Shown piece by piece: positions 8,339-16,423 of a stretch of 32,000 nt of DNA (its first letter is position 1; each line of letters opens with the position of its first letter). The stretch spans positions 1,170,001-1,202,000 of the forward strand of contig NC_020304.1 of the NCBI RefSeq assembly GCF_000341395.1, in the 5' to 3' direction. The DNA comes from Desulfocapsa sulfexigens DSM 10523. Lineage in GTDB: Bacteria; Desulfobacterota; Desulfobulbia; Desulfobulbales; Desulfocapsaceae. A program made the position numbers and the translations under genes. The notes beneath the pieces were generated by a model that saw only the letters and a list, made by a program, of their open reading frames with translations, had not been told where the DNA came from and made no database searches.

Positions 8339-9484
8339 TCATGTATAGGTGGAAGATGGGATGGATGGCTCATAGGTGACCAGTCCTGCCGCATCAGATG
8401 AATTTGGGCTGACAGTCATAGGGCAGCGGAAGCCGGGAATAACAGCAACATCGAACAATTCGGCCACTGCCCCGTCGATACGAAGCCAGTCGATGCAACA
8501 GCGCTTATCCAGATCGATGACCTGGATACCGCACCACGGTTCAGAGTCGGCATCTTTCAACTTTTGATCAAGTGCTAATCCTTCAAAGCGTTTGTAGCGG
8601 GGCTTTGACAAACCCACAAAGGCAAGGTTGCCATGGAATGCCAGGCCACGAAGAAATCCGGGACAGAAGACCCGTGGCTCAAAGCGTCCCTTTTCTTCCT
8701 GTCCATCCTTCGGGAGAGTCACAACGCCCAATTCGCCGGTTCCAGCGTTAAGGATCCATAGTTCTCCCTTATACATTCTGGGTGAATGCGGCATGGACAA
8801 CCCGTCACAGACAATCCGGCTGGTCTGTACATCAATCACGATCCCCCCACCGTCACGCCGGTCTCGCCAGCCGTCGATAGTATCCGAGCGGCTGACTGCG
8901 GTCACATAGGCCGGTTGGCCGTCATCATCCATGGCTAACCCATTGAGATGGCAACGATCTTCACTTACAATGGCTGAGATAAATGGTGGTTTCCAAAGTA
9001 CCTCGAAGCTGTGTTGGGGCGATACCGTGGCCAGGCAGTTGAAGCGGGTGTTGACGAAGATAATCTGCCCGTTACGATCGACGCCAATATCGTGGGCATC
9101 AAGCTCGCCCGTTATATGGATTGTTCGCGGCATAAAACAGGCATCGAAGGTCTCGTTAACCCGTTCATGCAATTGCAGAACGTTTGCCAGTTCGATAATC
9201 TGAAAACCTGCTGAGAGTACGATTCTCCCATGATTGTTGTGGGCGAGACCCATGGGTTTGATCATGGCGCTTTGATGGAGATGGACACCTCCATTGGGTA
9301 AAACACCCAGCATATAAAGCAGATTGGACTGATAGGAAGTGAAGGCGATGGAGAGGTTCAACCTCTGCAGACGGACAGCCAGTCCCCCTGAGAGGGAGTA
9401 GTCGACGGGGAGTTCTCCTTCCACTGATTTGGCGAGTTCGGCCTGCTGCATAGCAGAAACCTTTTCCTTTTCCAAAAACCCCAT
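8339..9484 (-). CDS. TIGR03032/DUF4915-like conserved protein of unknown function
   Basis: The 381-aa soluble protein carries motifs DRCHLNGLA, DGWRDRRDGGG, GLSMPHSPR and GELWILNAGTGEL, which I recall as characteristic of this uncharacterised family. This is from memory and was not searched. The gene ends 28 nt upstream of the autotransporter start. Confidence 0.6.
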   Translation of the reverse strand: MGFLEKEKVSAMQQAELAKSVEGELPVDYSLSGGLAVRLQRLNLSIAFTSYQSNLLYMLGVLPNGGVHLHQSAMIKPMGLAHNNHGRIVLSAGFQIIELANVLQLHERVNETFDACFMPRTIHITGELDAHDIGVDRNGQIIFVNTRFNCLATVSPQHSFEVLWKPPFISAIVSEDRCHLNGLAMDDDGQPAYVTAVSRSDTIDGWRDRRDGGGIVIDVQTSRIVCDGLSMPHSPRMYKGELWILNAGTGELGVVTLPKDGQEEKGRFEPRVFCPGFLRGLAFHGNLAFVGLSKPRYKRFEGLALDQKLKDADSEPWCGIQVIDLDKRCCIDWLRIDGAVAELFDVAVIPGFRCPMTVSPNSSDAAGLVTYEPSIPSSTYT

Positions 9485-9663
9485 AACTTTTCCGACCTGA
9501 GTTGCCTTGCCAGAATGTCAGTACAAATAAAGAAGAACACTAAAACTCTGTACGATGGCACATTATTATCTTGAGATATAAAACAGACACTACTTTCTTA
9601 TAGATTAATCTTAATAAACTGAAGTTTAGGGTTTCACATAATAAACCATCATCCTGATGGAGG

Positions 9664-10095
9664 CTAATGATTTTCCGTTAAATTGTTCTCTGACATAAAA
9701 CCATAAAGGTTTTTCATCTCATCTTCATCACTTGGCGGTGGATTTGCATCAACTAATGGCCGGAATATTCGGCACTTCGGGTTCCACCATGTCCTAATTC
9801 GAACATTACCTAAAATCATTTGCAGCCCCAGACGCATACGGCCTGCGGTGACCTGACTTGCTTTTCTCCAGAGAGTCAGCTCCATTAAGTTCTGGACCTG
9901 CTCACCACAATAGTTTACCGACAACTTCAGGAGAGTGGCCCTGAACAATTCTACCATGGCTTCAAGCCATGATTTTATGGCGGTATCATAAAAAGAATCG
10001 TAGTTGTTCAGGAACCACCAACCTCCATACGATCGGACTGTCTCACATATAAGTAACTTCCAACCACGAGGTAAGAGCCTCACGGTGAATTTCAC
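9664..10095 (-). CDS. Hypothetical protein, Trp/Arg-rich orphan
   Basis: This is the only long ORF in the interval on either strand. It has a GTG start with no clear Shine-Dalgarno sequence. I recognise no family. Confidence 0.4.
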   Translation of the reverse strand: MKFTVRLLPRGWKLLICETVRSYGGWWFLNNYDSFYDTAIKSWLEAMVELFRATLLKLSVNYCGEQVQNLMELTLWRKASQVTAGRMRLGLQMILGNVRIRTWWNPKCRIFRPLVDANPPPSDEDEMKNLYGFMSENNLTENH

Positions 10096-10136
10096 TATTC
10101 ACGAAAAGGCCTCGGGCCGGTGACCAAAAAACTTTC

Positions 10137-10466
10137 TCAACAGCCGCAAGATCCACCACGGCTCAGTTTCTTTTCGGAAGTTACAGAAAAACCACCGCTG
10201 CCACTCCCACCACCGCAGCCGCAACTGGAAGCATTAATGAAATCGACTTTAATGGCGCCGGTGGTATCAAATACTGCATCGGCAACCAAAAAGGTGACCC
10301 CGTCTTCCTCAAACACCTTGTCTGAATCTTTTTTGTCATCCAGTCCAAGACCCAGGCTTGTTCCGGAACAACTGCTCTGCATAATCACCCGGACGGCTGA
10401 GTTGATGTCGTTTTGTTCCAAATATTCCTTGAGGTTTTTAATTGCTGATTCTGTCACTTGAAGCAT
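10137..10466 (-). CDS. HesB/IscA-like Fe-S cluster carrier-type protein with Gly/Ser-rich C-terminal extension
   Basis: I chose the start at ATG 10466 (MLQVTESAIKNLKEYL...), preceded by GGAGA. The protein has the IscA-like core ...RVIMQSSCSGTSLGLGLD...FLVAD... and a C-terminus SSCGCGGGSGSGGF...SCGC. Confidence 0.7.
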   Translation of the reverse strand: MLQVTESAIKNLKEYLEQNDINSAVRVIMQSSCSGTSLGLGLDDKKDSDKVFEEDGVTFLVADAVFDTTGAIKVDFINASSCGCGGGSGSGGFSVTSEKKLSRGGSCGC

Positions 10467-10520
10467 GATATTCTCCTTTTTTTCGTTGTAATGGACTGTT
10501 TTGCCCACTAATTTTATTTT

Positions 10521-10548
10521 TGAGAAAATTCATCGATGAATTTTCTCA
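10521..10548. repeat. Perfect 28-bp palindrome TGAGAAAATTCATCGATGAATTTTCTCA between mvhD and the hesB-like gene
   Basis: I checked the self-complementarity base by base. The palindrome lies 41 nt downstream of the mvhD stop and 55 nt upstream of the hesB-like start. Confidence 0.9.
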
Positions 10549-10588
10549 TTGTAAATTTTAGTCAACCTTCACTATTCAACAGTGCTGT

Positions 10589-11197
10589 TCATGGAAGCGA
10601 TGCTCCTATCAACTCAGTCAAGACCTTGTCGCACTTCTCATGAACCAATCCGGCAATGGTTGGGCGCGAGAAATCCCCTTTTTTTATCATCTCTTTGGAT
10701 GCCTTAATCAGGTTCATTCTGAGCTTGCGATCTTTGGCCGTGGTCGCTGCCAAGGCCAGTTTTTTACGCAATACTGTTGGATCGATGCCTTCGCTTGTTC
10801 CCAGCGGCCCCAAACTTGCAACATGTTCTGTGAACTGAGTAATGATTTTAACAAAATTCGAACCTTCTGCGGCCGAGGCCCATTCAATGAGGAATCGCTG
10901 GCTGTTAACTCCCAGCCTGGCCAGGGTTTCATGAACCAGGGCGGCGGTGACCAAGGCATGATAATTACCGTCCTGATAATGGCACTCACCGGGATGACAG
11001 CCACCGACAAAGATGGCGTCGGCACCCTGAGCCAGCCCTTCCAGGGGAAAGGAGGGATCAAGTCTGCCGGAGCACATCATTCGAATGACCCGGAGATTTG
11101 GAGGGTACTGGTAACGGCCGACTCCCGCCGAATCAGCGGCAGTATAACAGCACCAGTTGCAGAGGAATCCTAGAATTTTTGGTTGGTAATTTGACAT
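10589..11197 (-). CDS. mvhD: MvhD-like protein (methyl-viologen-reducing hydrogenase delta subunit domain) with C-terminal extension
   Basis: The sequence KILGFLCNWCCYTAADSAG...IRMMCSGRLD...DAIFVGGCHPGECHY is the typical MvhD/FlpD Cys pattern. I chose ATG 11197 with GGAG 7 nt upstream. The gene lies downstream of hdrA. Confidence 0.85.
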   Translation of the reverse strand: MSNYQPKILGFLCNWCCYTAADSAGVGRYQYPPNLRVIRMMCSGRLDPSFPLEGLAQGADAIFVGGCHPGECHYQDGNYHALVTAALVHETLARLGVNSQRFLIEWASAAEGSNFVKIITQFTEHVASLGPLGTSEGIDPTVLRKKLALAATTAKDRKLRMNLIKASKEMIKKGDFSRPTIAGLVHEKCDKVLTELIGASLP

Positions 11198-11372
11198 TGT
11201 GTGCTCCAATACGAAATACTTTTCAATCCGAAAAGTCGTCGATGATGTTTATGAACAATTGAGACTGGATTGGGTATCAAACCCACAATGCATACCTTTA
11301 CAGGCGGAAGCATCACGGTTTAAAGCCAGTGCCGCTCACCAGTAAGGATTTCCAGTCTTTCGTGCGCATCCC

Positions 11373-14300
11373 CTAAACGCTCTTGCCAAAGGCACTGACC
11401 TGGGCCATGATGCCATCAAAAGTAAAGCGTCCCATATCGATAGCCATGGTCGGACAGCGGGCGGCGCACACTCCGCAGCCCTTACAGGAAGCGGTTAAAG
11501 TCTGGGCCTTGCGGGGCTTAACCTCCTTGTTAATAGTAATGGCCTTATAGGGGCAAAAAGTCTCACAGGCCCCGCAGCCGATACACAAATAAGGATCGAC
11601 ATGGGAGACGATGGGCTCAGGAGAGATCGATCCATTGGCCAGGGGGTGGCAGGCCCGACCGGCCGCTGCCTGGGCCTGGGCAATGGTCTCATCCATCGAT
11701 TTAGGGGCATGGGCCAGACCGCAGACAAAGATCCCGTCCACCGCCATATCAACCGGCCGCAGCTTGACGTGAGCCTCCAAATAAAATTTGTCGGCGGTAA
11801 CCGGAACTTTGAGCATCCTTGACAAGATCGACGGATCTTCAGGCACAATGCCCACTGACAGCACCAGCAGATCGGTATCCAGTTCCACTTCTTCGCCCAG
11901 TAGCGGATCGTAGCCAACTACCTTCAACGGGCTTGATTTACTTCGGCCTGGAGTGACTTTTGGTGGATTATCAGGAGAATAACGGATAAAGATCACACCC
12001 AGTTCACGGGCCCGACGGTAATCATCCTCCATGAATCCGTAGGCCCGCATATCGCGGTAAAAAACAAAGATAGTGAGATCGGGGTTTATGGTCTTGAGAC
12101 GGATAGCGTTCTTCAAGGCCTGGCCGCAACAGACCCGGCTGCAGTATGCCAGATCAGCGCCCCGTGAGCCCACACATTGGATCATCACCACCTGCTTCGT
12201 CTTTGCTGAAAGCGGACGACCGGAAGCCAACCGCTGCTCCAGCTCCAGCTGGGTCAATACCCGCTCGGACTGGCCATAAAGATATTGCTCGGGTTTATAG
12301 GGCTTGCCGCCTGTGGCGATCACCATAATCCCGTGGTTAACCACCTCACTGCCAGCCTTCCTGGTAATGGTGGTGGTGAAATTGCCCACATAACCGGAGA
12401 CACTGGCCACCGTTGCTCCGGAATAAACGTGAATTCGGGAATGGGTTTTCACCTTGTGAACCAGATCCGCAATGGTCTTACGCGGATCGCCACCAAAACG
12501 GTCGGCGCTGAGTAACAGAGTCGCCCCTCCCAGGGTGTCCTCCTGTTCAACCAAAGTCGTAAGAAATCCCTGCTCAGCAATGGTCAACGCTGCAGTCATC
12601 CCCGCCAATCCACCACCAATGACAAGGGCTGATGGGGTAACCGGCAACCGTTGTTCCGGAAGGGCAGTGAGGTGGGCAGCCTTGGCCACAGCCATGCGCA
12701 CCAGATCTTTGGCCTTAGCGGTGGCCGCTTCGGGCTCGTGCATATGGACCCAGGAACATTGATCACGGATATTAGCCATCTCGAACAAGGCACGGTTCAG
12801 GCCTGCATCCCGCAAAGTAGTCTGAAAAAGAGGTTCATGGGTACGCGGGGTGCAGGCAGAAACGACGATACGGTTGAGTCGGTGTTCACGGATGATGTTG
12901 ACAAGATGCTGCTGGGTGTCCTGAGAACAAGAGTAGAGATTGTCGGTAGAATAAACCACGCCGGGCAGATCCCGGGCATAATCGCGAACTGCCCGAACAT
13001 CGACGACTCCTGCGATATTGATACCACAATGGCAGACAAAGACGCCGATACGGGGCTCCTCCCTGGAGATATCACGCTCCTCCGGGAACACGGCTTTGGT
13101 TATCTCCATGCCACGCGCTGTGACTAACTGGCCTGAACAAAGGGCGGCGGCCCCACCAGCCTGGGTAACTGAATCAGGGATATCTTTTGGCCCCTGAAAG
13201 GCACCGATCACATAGACACCGGGCCGGCTTGTGGCAAGGGGAGTGTAGTTGTTGGTCTGGGCAAAGAGGTAACTGTTCAGATCGATGCCGGCGGCCTGGC
13301 CAAGCTGCTCTGCATCGTCCGGCGACTCCAACCCCTGGGTGAGGACAACCATGTCGAACTTTTCGTAATGATGTTTGCCGTCCTCCGTGGCCCAGGTGAG
13401 CAACAGTCTACCGTCAAAGACATCCTCCACTTGCGGTGGCCGGGCGTATATCACCCTGAAGTTGTTTTCGAGAGTGGCCCGCTCTCTTGCTGCATCAAAG
13501 CCTTTGCCGTGGGTGCGGATATCCATGTAAAAAAGAGTGATTTCAGCGCTGGGATCATGCTCGCGGGCAAGGGTTGCCTGCTTGATGGCGTACATACAGC
13601 AGACCGAGGAGCAATAGTTATTACCGCAGTTCTGATCGCGGGAACCGATACACTGGATAAAGGCGATCTTTTTGGGGTGTTTTTTGTCAGAGGGACGGAG
13701 AATCGCACCACCGGTGGGCCCGGATGCACACATCAGCCGTTCGTGCTCAAAGGCACTGAGCACATCCGCGAACTTGCCCCAGCCATAGCGGCCAAGAACC
13801 TCTTTGCTGGTCCGGCCAAATCCTGGTGCCAGGATGACGGAACCAATAGCGAGATCTAAAATCTCTTCCTTCTGGTCAAAACGGATTGCCTTGGCCTGGC
13901 AGGCAACGGCACAGAGGCCGCAGGTCTGGTAATTGAGCATGAAACAGGCTTTCGCATCAATATAATAGCTTGTAGGCACGGCCTGGGCATAATCGATATG
14001 AGCGGCGTTCGAGATCCCGAGGTTCTCGTTATAATCATCGTCAATCTGCTTGAGGCAGTAGAGAGTACACTGGCCACAACCGGTGCATATCTCTTCGTCG
14101 ATATACCGAGGCTCTTTTCTGATCCTGGCGGTAAAATTACCGGGAACGCCGTCGAGTGAGATCAATTCCGACTTGGTCAGGATCTCGATATTGGGATCGC
14201 GACCCGCCTCTACCAGCTTTGGGGCGAGAATGCAGAGCGAGCAGTCGTTGGTGGGAAAGGTCTTGTCTAATCGGGCCATAACCCCGCCGATGGCACCGGA

Positions 14301-14435
14301 TTTTTCAACCAGATAGACTTTGAGACCAAGTTCGGTGAGATCGAGTGCGGCCTGAACACCAGCCACCCCGCCACCCACCACGAGAACCGCCCCGACTGTT
14401 TTCAAAGCGGAAGGAGTGGGAATAGAAGCGCGCAT
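11373..14435 (-). CDS. hdrA: HdrA-like FAD/Fe-S oxidoreductase (heterodisulfide reductase subunit A family), tandem double module
   Basis: There are two dinucleotide-binding motifs (VVGGGVAGVQAAL near the N-terminus and VIGGGLAGMTAAL mid-protein). There are two HdrA-type CS(S/R)VCC motifs and several CxxCxxCxxxCP ferredoxin motifs, including two at the C-terminus. A strong RBS AAAGGAGGAGCT precedes ATG 14435. Confidence 0.88.
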   Translation of the reverse strand: MRASIPTPSALKTVGAVLVVGGGVAGVQAALDLTELGLKVYLVEKSGAIGGVMARLDKTFPTNDCSLCILAPKLVEAGRDPNIEILTKSELISLDGVPGNFTARIRKEPRYIDEEICTGCGQCTLYCLKQIDDDYNENLGISNAAHIDYAQAVPTSYYIDAKACFMLNYQTCGLCAVACQAKAIRFDQKEEILDLAIGSVILAPGFGRTSKEVLGRYGWGKFADVLSAFEHERLMCASGPTGGAILRPSDKKHPKKIAFIQCIGSRDQNCGNNYCSSVCCMYAIKQATLAREHDPSAEITLFYMDIRTHGKGFDAARERATLENNFRVIYARPPQVEDVFDGRLLLTWATEDGKHHYEKFDMVVLTQGLESPDDAEQLGQAAGIDLNSYLFAQTNNYTPLATSRPGVYVIGAFQGPKDIPDSVTQAGGAAALCSGQLVTARGMEITKAVFPEERDISREEPRIGVFVCHCGINIAGVVDVRAVRDYARDLPGVVYSTDNLYSCSQDTQQHLVNIIREHRLNRIVVSACTPRTHEPLFQTTLRDAGLNRALFEMANIRDQCSWVHMHEPEAATAKAKDLVRMAVAKAAHLTALPEQRLPVTPSALVIGGGLAGMTAALTIAEQGFLTTLVEQEDTLGGATLLLSADRFGGDPRKTIADLVHKVKTHSRIHVYSGATVASVSGYVGNFTTTITRKAGSEVVNHGIMVIATGGKPYKPEQYLYGQSERVLTQLELEQRLASGRPLSAKTKQVVMIQCVGSRGADLAYCSRVCCGQALKNAIRLKTINPDLTIFVFYRDMRAYGFMEDDYRRARELGVIFIRYSPDNPPKVTPGRSKSSPLKVVGYDPLLGEEVELDTDLLVLSVGIVPEDPSILSRMLKVPVTADKFYLEAHVKLRPVDMAVDGIFVCGLAHAPKSMDETIAQAQAAAGRACHPLANGSISPEPIVSHVDPYLCIGCGACETFCPYKAITINKEVKPRKAQTLTASCKGCGVCAARCPTMAIDMGRFTFDGIMAQVSAFGKSV

Positions 14436-14974
14436 AGCTCCTCCTTTACTGTACGTTATACCGGAAAATTAATTCCAGATCTGCTGCGACTCTCTGCAAT
14501 CAGCCGCGAACAACGTCAGTAAACAAGGAAGGAACTACCTGGTTAAAGCCTGAGACCGTTCATGGGGGACAGAAGAGTCGCAATATCGTCCATCCCAAAC
14601 TGGGACGGCCGGCTTGTGCCGAAGTATTGCTCAGATATGGGGCAATCTGTGTTTCAAAATGACTCTCCGTGAAGATAGGTAAAAATGTTGTAACACCCTG
14701 CGTGTAGTGCAAGACTTTAATATACTAGATTTTTTCTATGTAATCGATTTCTTTAAATGTGGCAACCCGAAAAAGCACCCGAAGAATTCGCTTCCGGTCA
14801 AGAAAATATCCAAGGGGACATCATATAAATACTAGTAAAAAACTTTCCGGGAGAAGCGGCTCACTCAATTTACGACCAAGCATATCTCTCATCTATTCAG
14901 GAAACTTTATAAAGTGTTATCATAGCTTTTCAGCATAACTCTCTTCATTCAACCTGTAATTTTCACACGACTCC

Positions 14975-15000
14975 GAAAAATCACCTGGTTGGGTGATTTG
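14975..15000 (-). terminator. Rho-independent terminator for the 15022-15960 gene
   Basis: On the minus strand: AAATCACC - CAACCA - GGTGATTT followed by TT (8-bp stem, U-run of 5). It starts 22 nt after the stop codon. Confidence 0.7.
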
Positions 15001-15021
15001 CTGACCAGCCACAACCAACTG

Positions 15022-15960
15022 CTAATAAAAGAGGCTCGGATTCATAGCAGCAGAGAAAAAGAAACGGGCCGGCCTGATTGTTTGTGCTGCGTCAAAGAGA
15101 TACGCGTTTCCTTTAGCATCCAGCATTGGAATGTGCAGGTTTTTTGTTGCCATCAATCGTTCAGGGACAAAATACATATCGTGCATCACTTTATTCTGCA
15201 GGAAATGTCGTACTTGCTCAGCATCTATTCCAAGGCGTCCCTGAATTGTCTGAAATCCATCAAGTACCTTGTCATACTGCAGGCTAAGTATTCCATGACT
15301 TAAATTGCCATAAGGTGCCTGCTGAAGGTCTTTATAACCATACCTCCCTGGATAAGAGCTCTCCTTAATCTTCTCTATTTGTTTAGATGCATTCCCAGTC
15401 CAGAGAATCGTATTGAGGCCAAACTGTTCTTTTTTGTTCTGTATAGCCAGTAAAACAGCACCAGTTCGAAATTTATCCCCTCCTTGGAATCCCAGTGCAT
15501 CATTTTCAGTGATAATATGAAATGTATCAATCTGCGCTGCTATGGTACCCGTCGGCTGAGAGGTAGAAATTTGATCAACATAATAGTTGTAGGCATAGGC
15601 CAGACTGTATTTCTTGCCGGTTTGATTGCCGACTGAAGTAACAAAACGATTTTCCCACTTCTGCTCTTCCCCCCAGGCCAAAAGCCCCCCAAGACTGACC
15701 ACAGCCTCCGAACCAGATTGAGATGGCCCCAAAGATGTAAAATTATAATACCAGCGGGCATGCAGATTCAGTTGCCCTCTATCACGTATTACGTAGCCCC
15801 CTAGAGTTAATCCCAGCCGGTTTATAGCTGAACCAAAGCTGAAAGTAACCCCGATCTTACCGCCGCAATTTGAGTTTTGACCTGACTGCCCGTAAACAGG
15901 ACCACTACTAATAAGTATGCCTGCAATCCCAATTACGAATAGTCTAAACAGTCTTTGCAT
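15022..15960 (-). CDS. Secreted beta-rich hypothetical protein (signal peptide)
   Basis: I chose the start at ATG 15960 (MQRLFRLFVIGIAGILISSGPVYGQSG, signal-peptide-like). The protein is Gly/Tyr/Asn/Thr-rich and ends in ...NPSLFY. I cannot place it confidently in a family; it has a vague resemblance to polymorphic-toxin-type secreted domains, which I cannot verify. Confidence 0.6.
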   Translation of the reverse strand: MQRLFRLFVIGIAGILISSGPVYGQSGQNSNCGGKIGVTFSFGSAINRLGLTLGGYVIRDRGQLNLHARWYYNFTSLGPSQSGSEAVVSLGGLLAWGEEQKWENRFVTSVGNQTGKKYSLAYAYNYYVDQISTSQPTGTIAAQIDTFHIITENDALGFQGGDKFRTGAVLLAIQNKKEQFGLNTILWTGNASKQIEKIKESSYPGRYGYKDLQQAPYGNLSHGILSLQYDKVLDGFQTIQGRLGIDAEQVRHFLQNKVMHDMYFVPERLMATKNLHIPMLDAKGNAYLFDAAQTIRPARFFFSAAMNPSLFY

Positions 15961-16173
15961 AAAGTGATATGAATTTGCTTCTCGGTGAGAGAATAAGAAT
16001 TCGCTTTCCATTAGGAAAGTACTAAGGGGAAAAACAAGCCTTCAGTCACTCAGATTTCCACCCAAACCATAAAAAGCACCCTATTATATTCCCCTTATAC
16101 CTGCTACATCAAATAATCATTACAGAGGTTCATCCAATATTCCATTATCTTATTGTATTTCCACAGAGGTGTC

Positions 16174-16234
16174 CTTTTAAATCATCACCGGCATCAATCG
16201 GTACCGTAAACCGGCTCATCGTTACCGGGCCAAG
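16174..16234. repeat. Copy B of the 61-nt dispersed intergenic repeat
   Basis: 50/61 bases are identical to 5213-5273 in the same orientation. The copy lies in the divergent intergenic region about 190 nt upstream of trkA. Confidence 0.7.
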
Positions 16235-16423
16235 CCGTGCTGTAGCGAGAAAGAACTGCCGGCTGCCACTTTACACAAGACAGTGAGAACTTGAAGCCCT
16301 CTACCAACATTTAAATCAGTATCATCTCCCCTATTTTTTTCTCTTATGATATTGTTTTCCCAGCTGGAATAAGATAAACAGAGCGAATACTCCTCATGTT
16401 GTTAGACAAAAAGAGAATGTAGA

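Noticed and set aside
8311-8394. N-terminal extension of the autotransporter ORF (track start at 8394)
   Set aside because: It overlaps the 3' end of the upstream DUF4915-like gene, and the extension (MRQDWSPMSHPSHLPP...) is not signal-peptide-like. ATG 8310 gives a basic and hydrophobic N-terminus.
10120-10461. 113-aa + strand ORF
   Set aside because: It is antisense to the HesB-like gene. Its Pro/Ser-rich low-complexity translation mirrors the Gly/Ser-coding strand.
12651-13859. Long + strand ORFs (158 aa and 163 aa) inside hdrA
   Set aside because: They are antisense shadows within a GC-richer coding region, and the HdrA frame carries all the conserved FAD and Fe-S motifs.
10137-14435. 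Selenocysteine (in-frame TGA) recoding in hdrA, mvhD or the hesB-like gene
   Set aside because: All three ORFs are uninterrupted, and Cys occupies the positions where Sec occurs in some relatives. No split-ORF pattern is visible.
14760-14777. Sigma-54-like TGGCAA-N-..GCA element
   Set aside because: The GG-to-GC spacing is off by one. It is also on the + strand, pointing into the 3' end of a minus-strand gene.
16012-16423. Possible c-di-AMP (ydaO-type) riboswitch upstream of trkA
   Set aside because: I looked for the conserved GGGGA...CCCA and ...CCGNCAGCUAACC... type segments that I remember for this class and saw none. Only the dispersed repeat is notable here. An Infernal scan would settle it.
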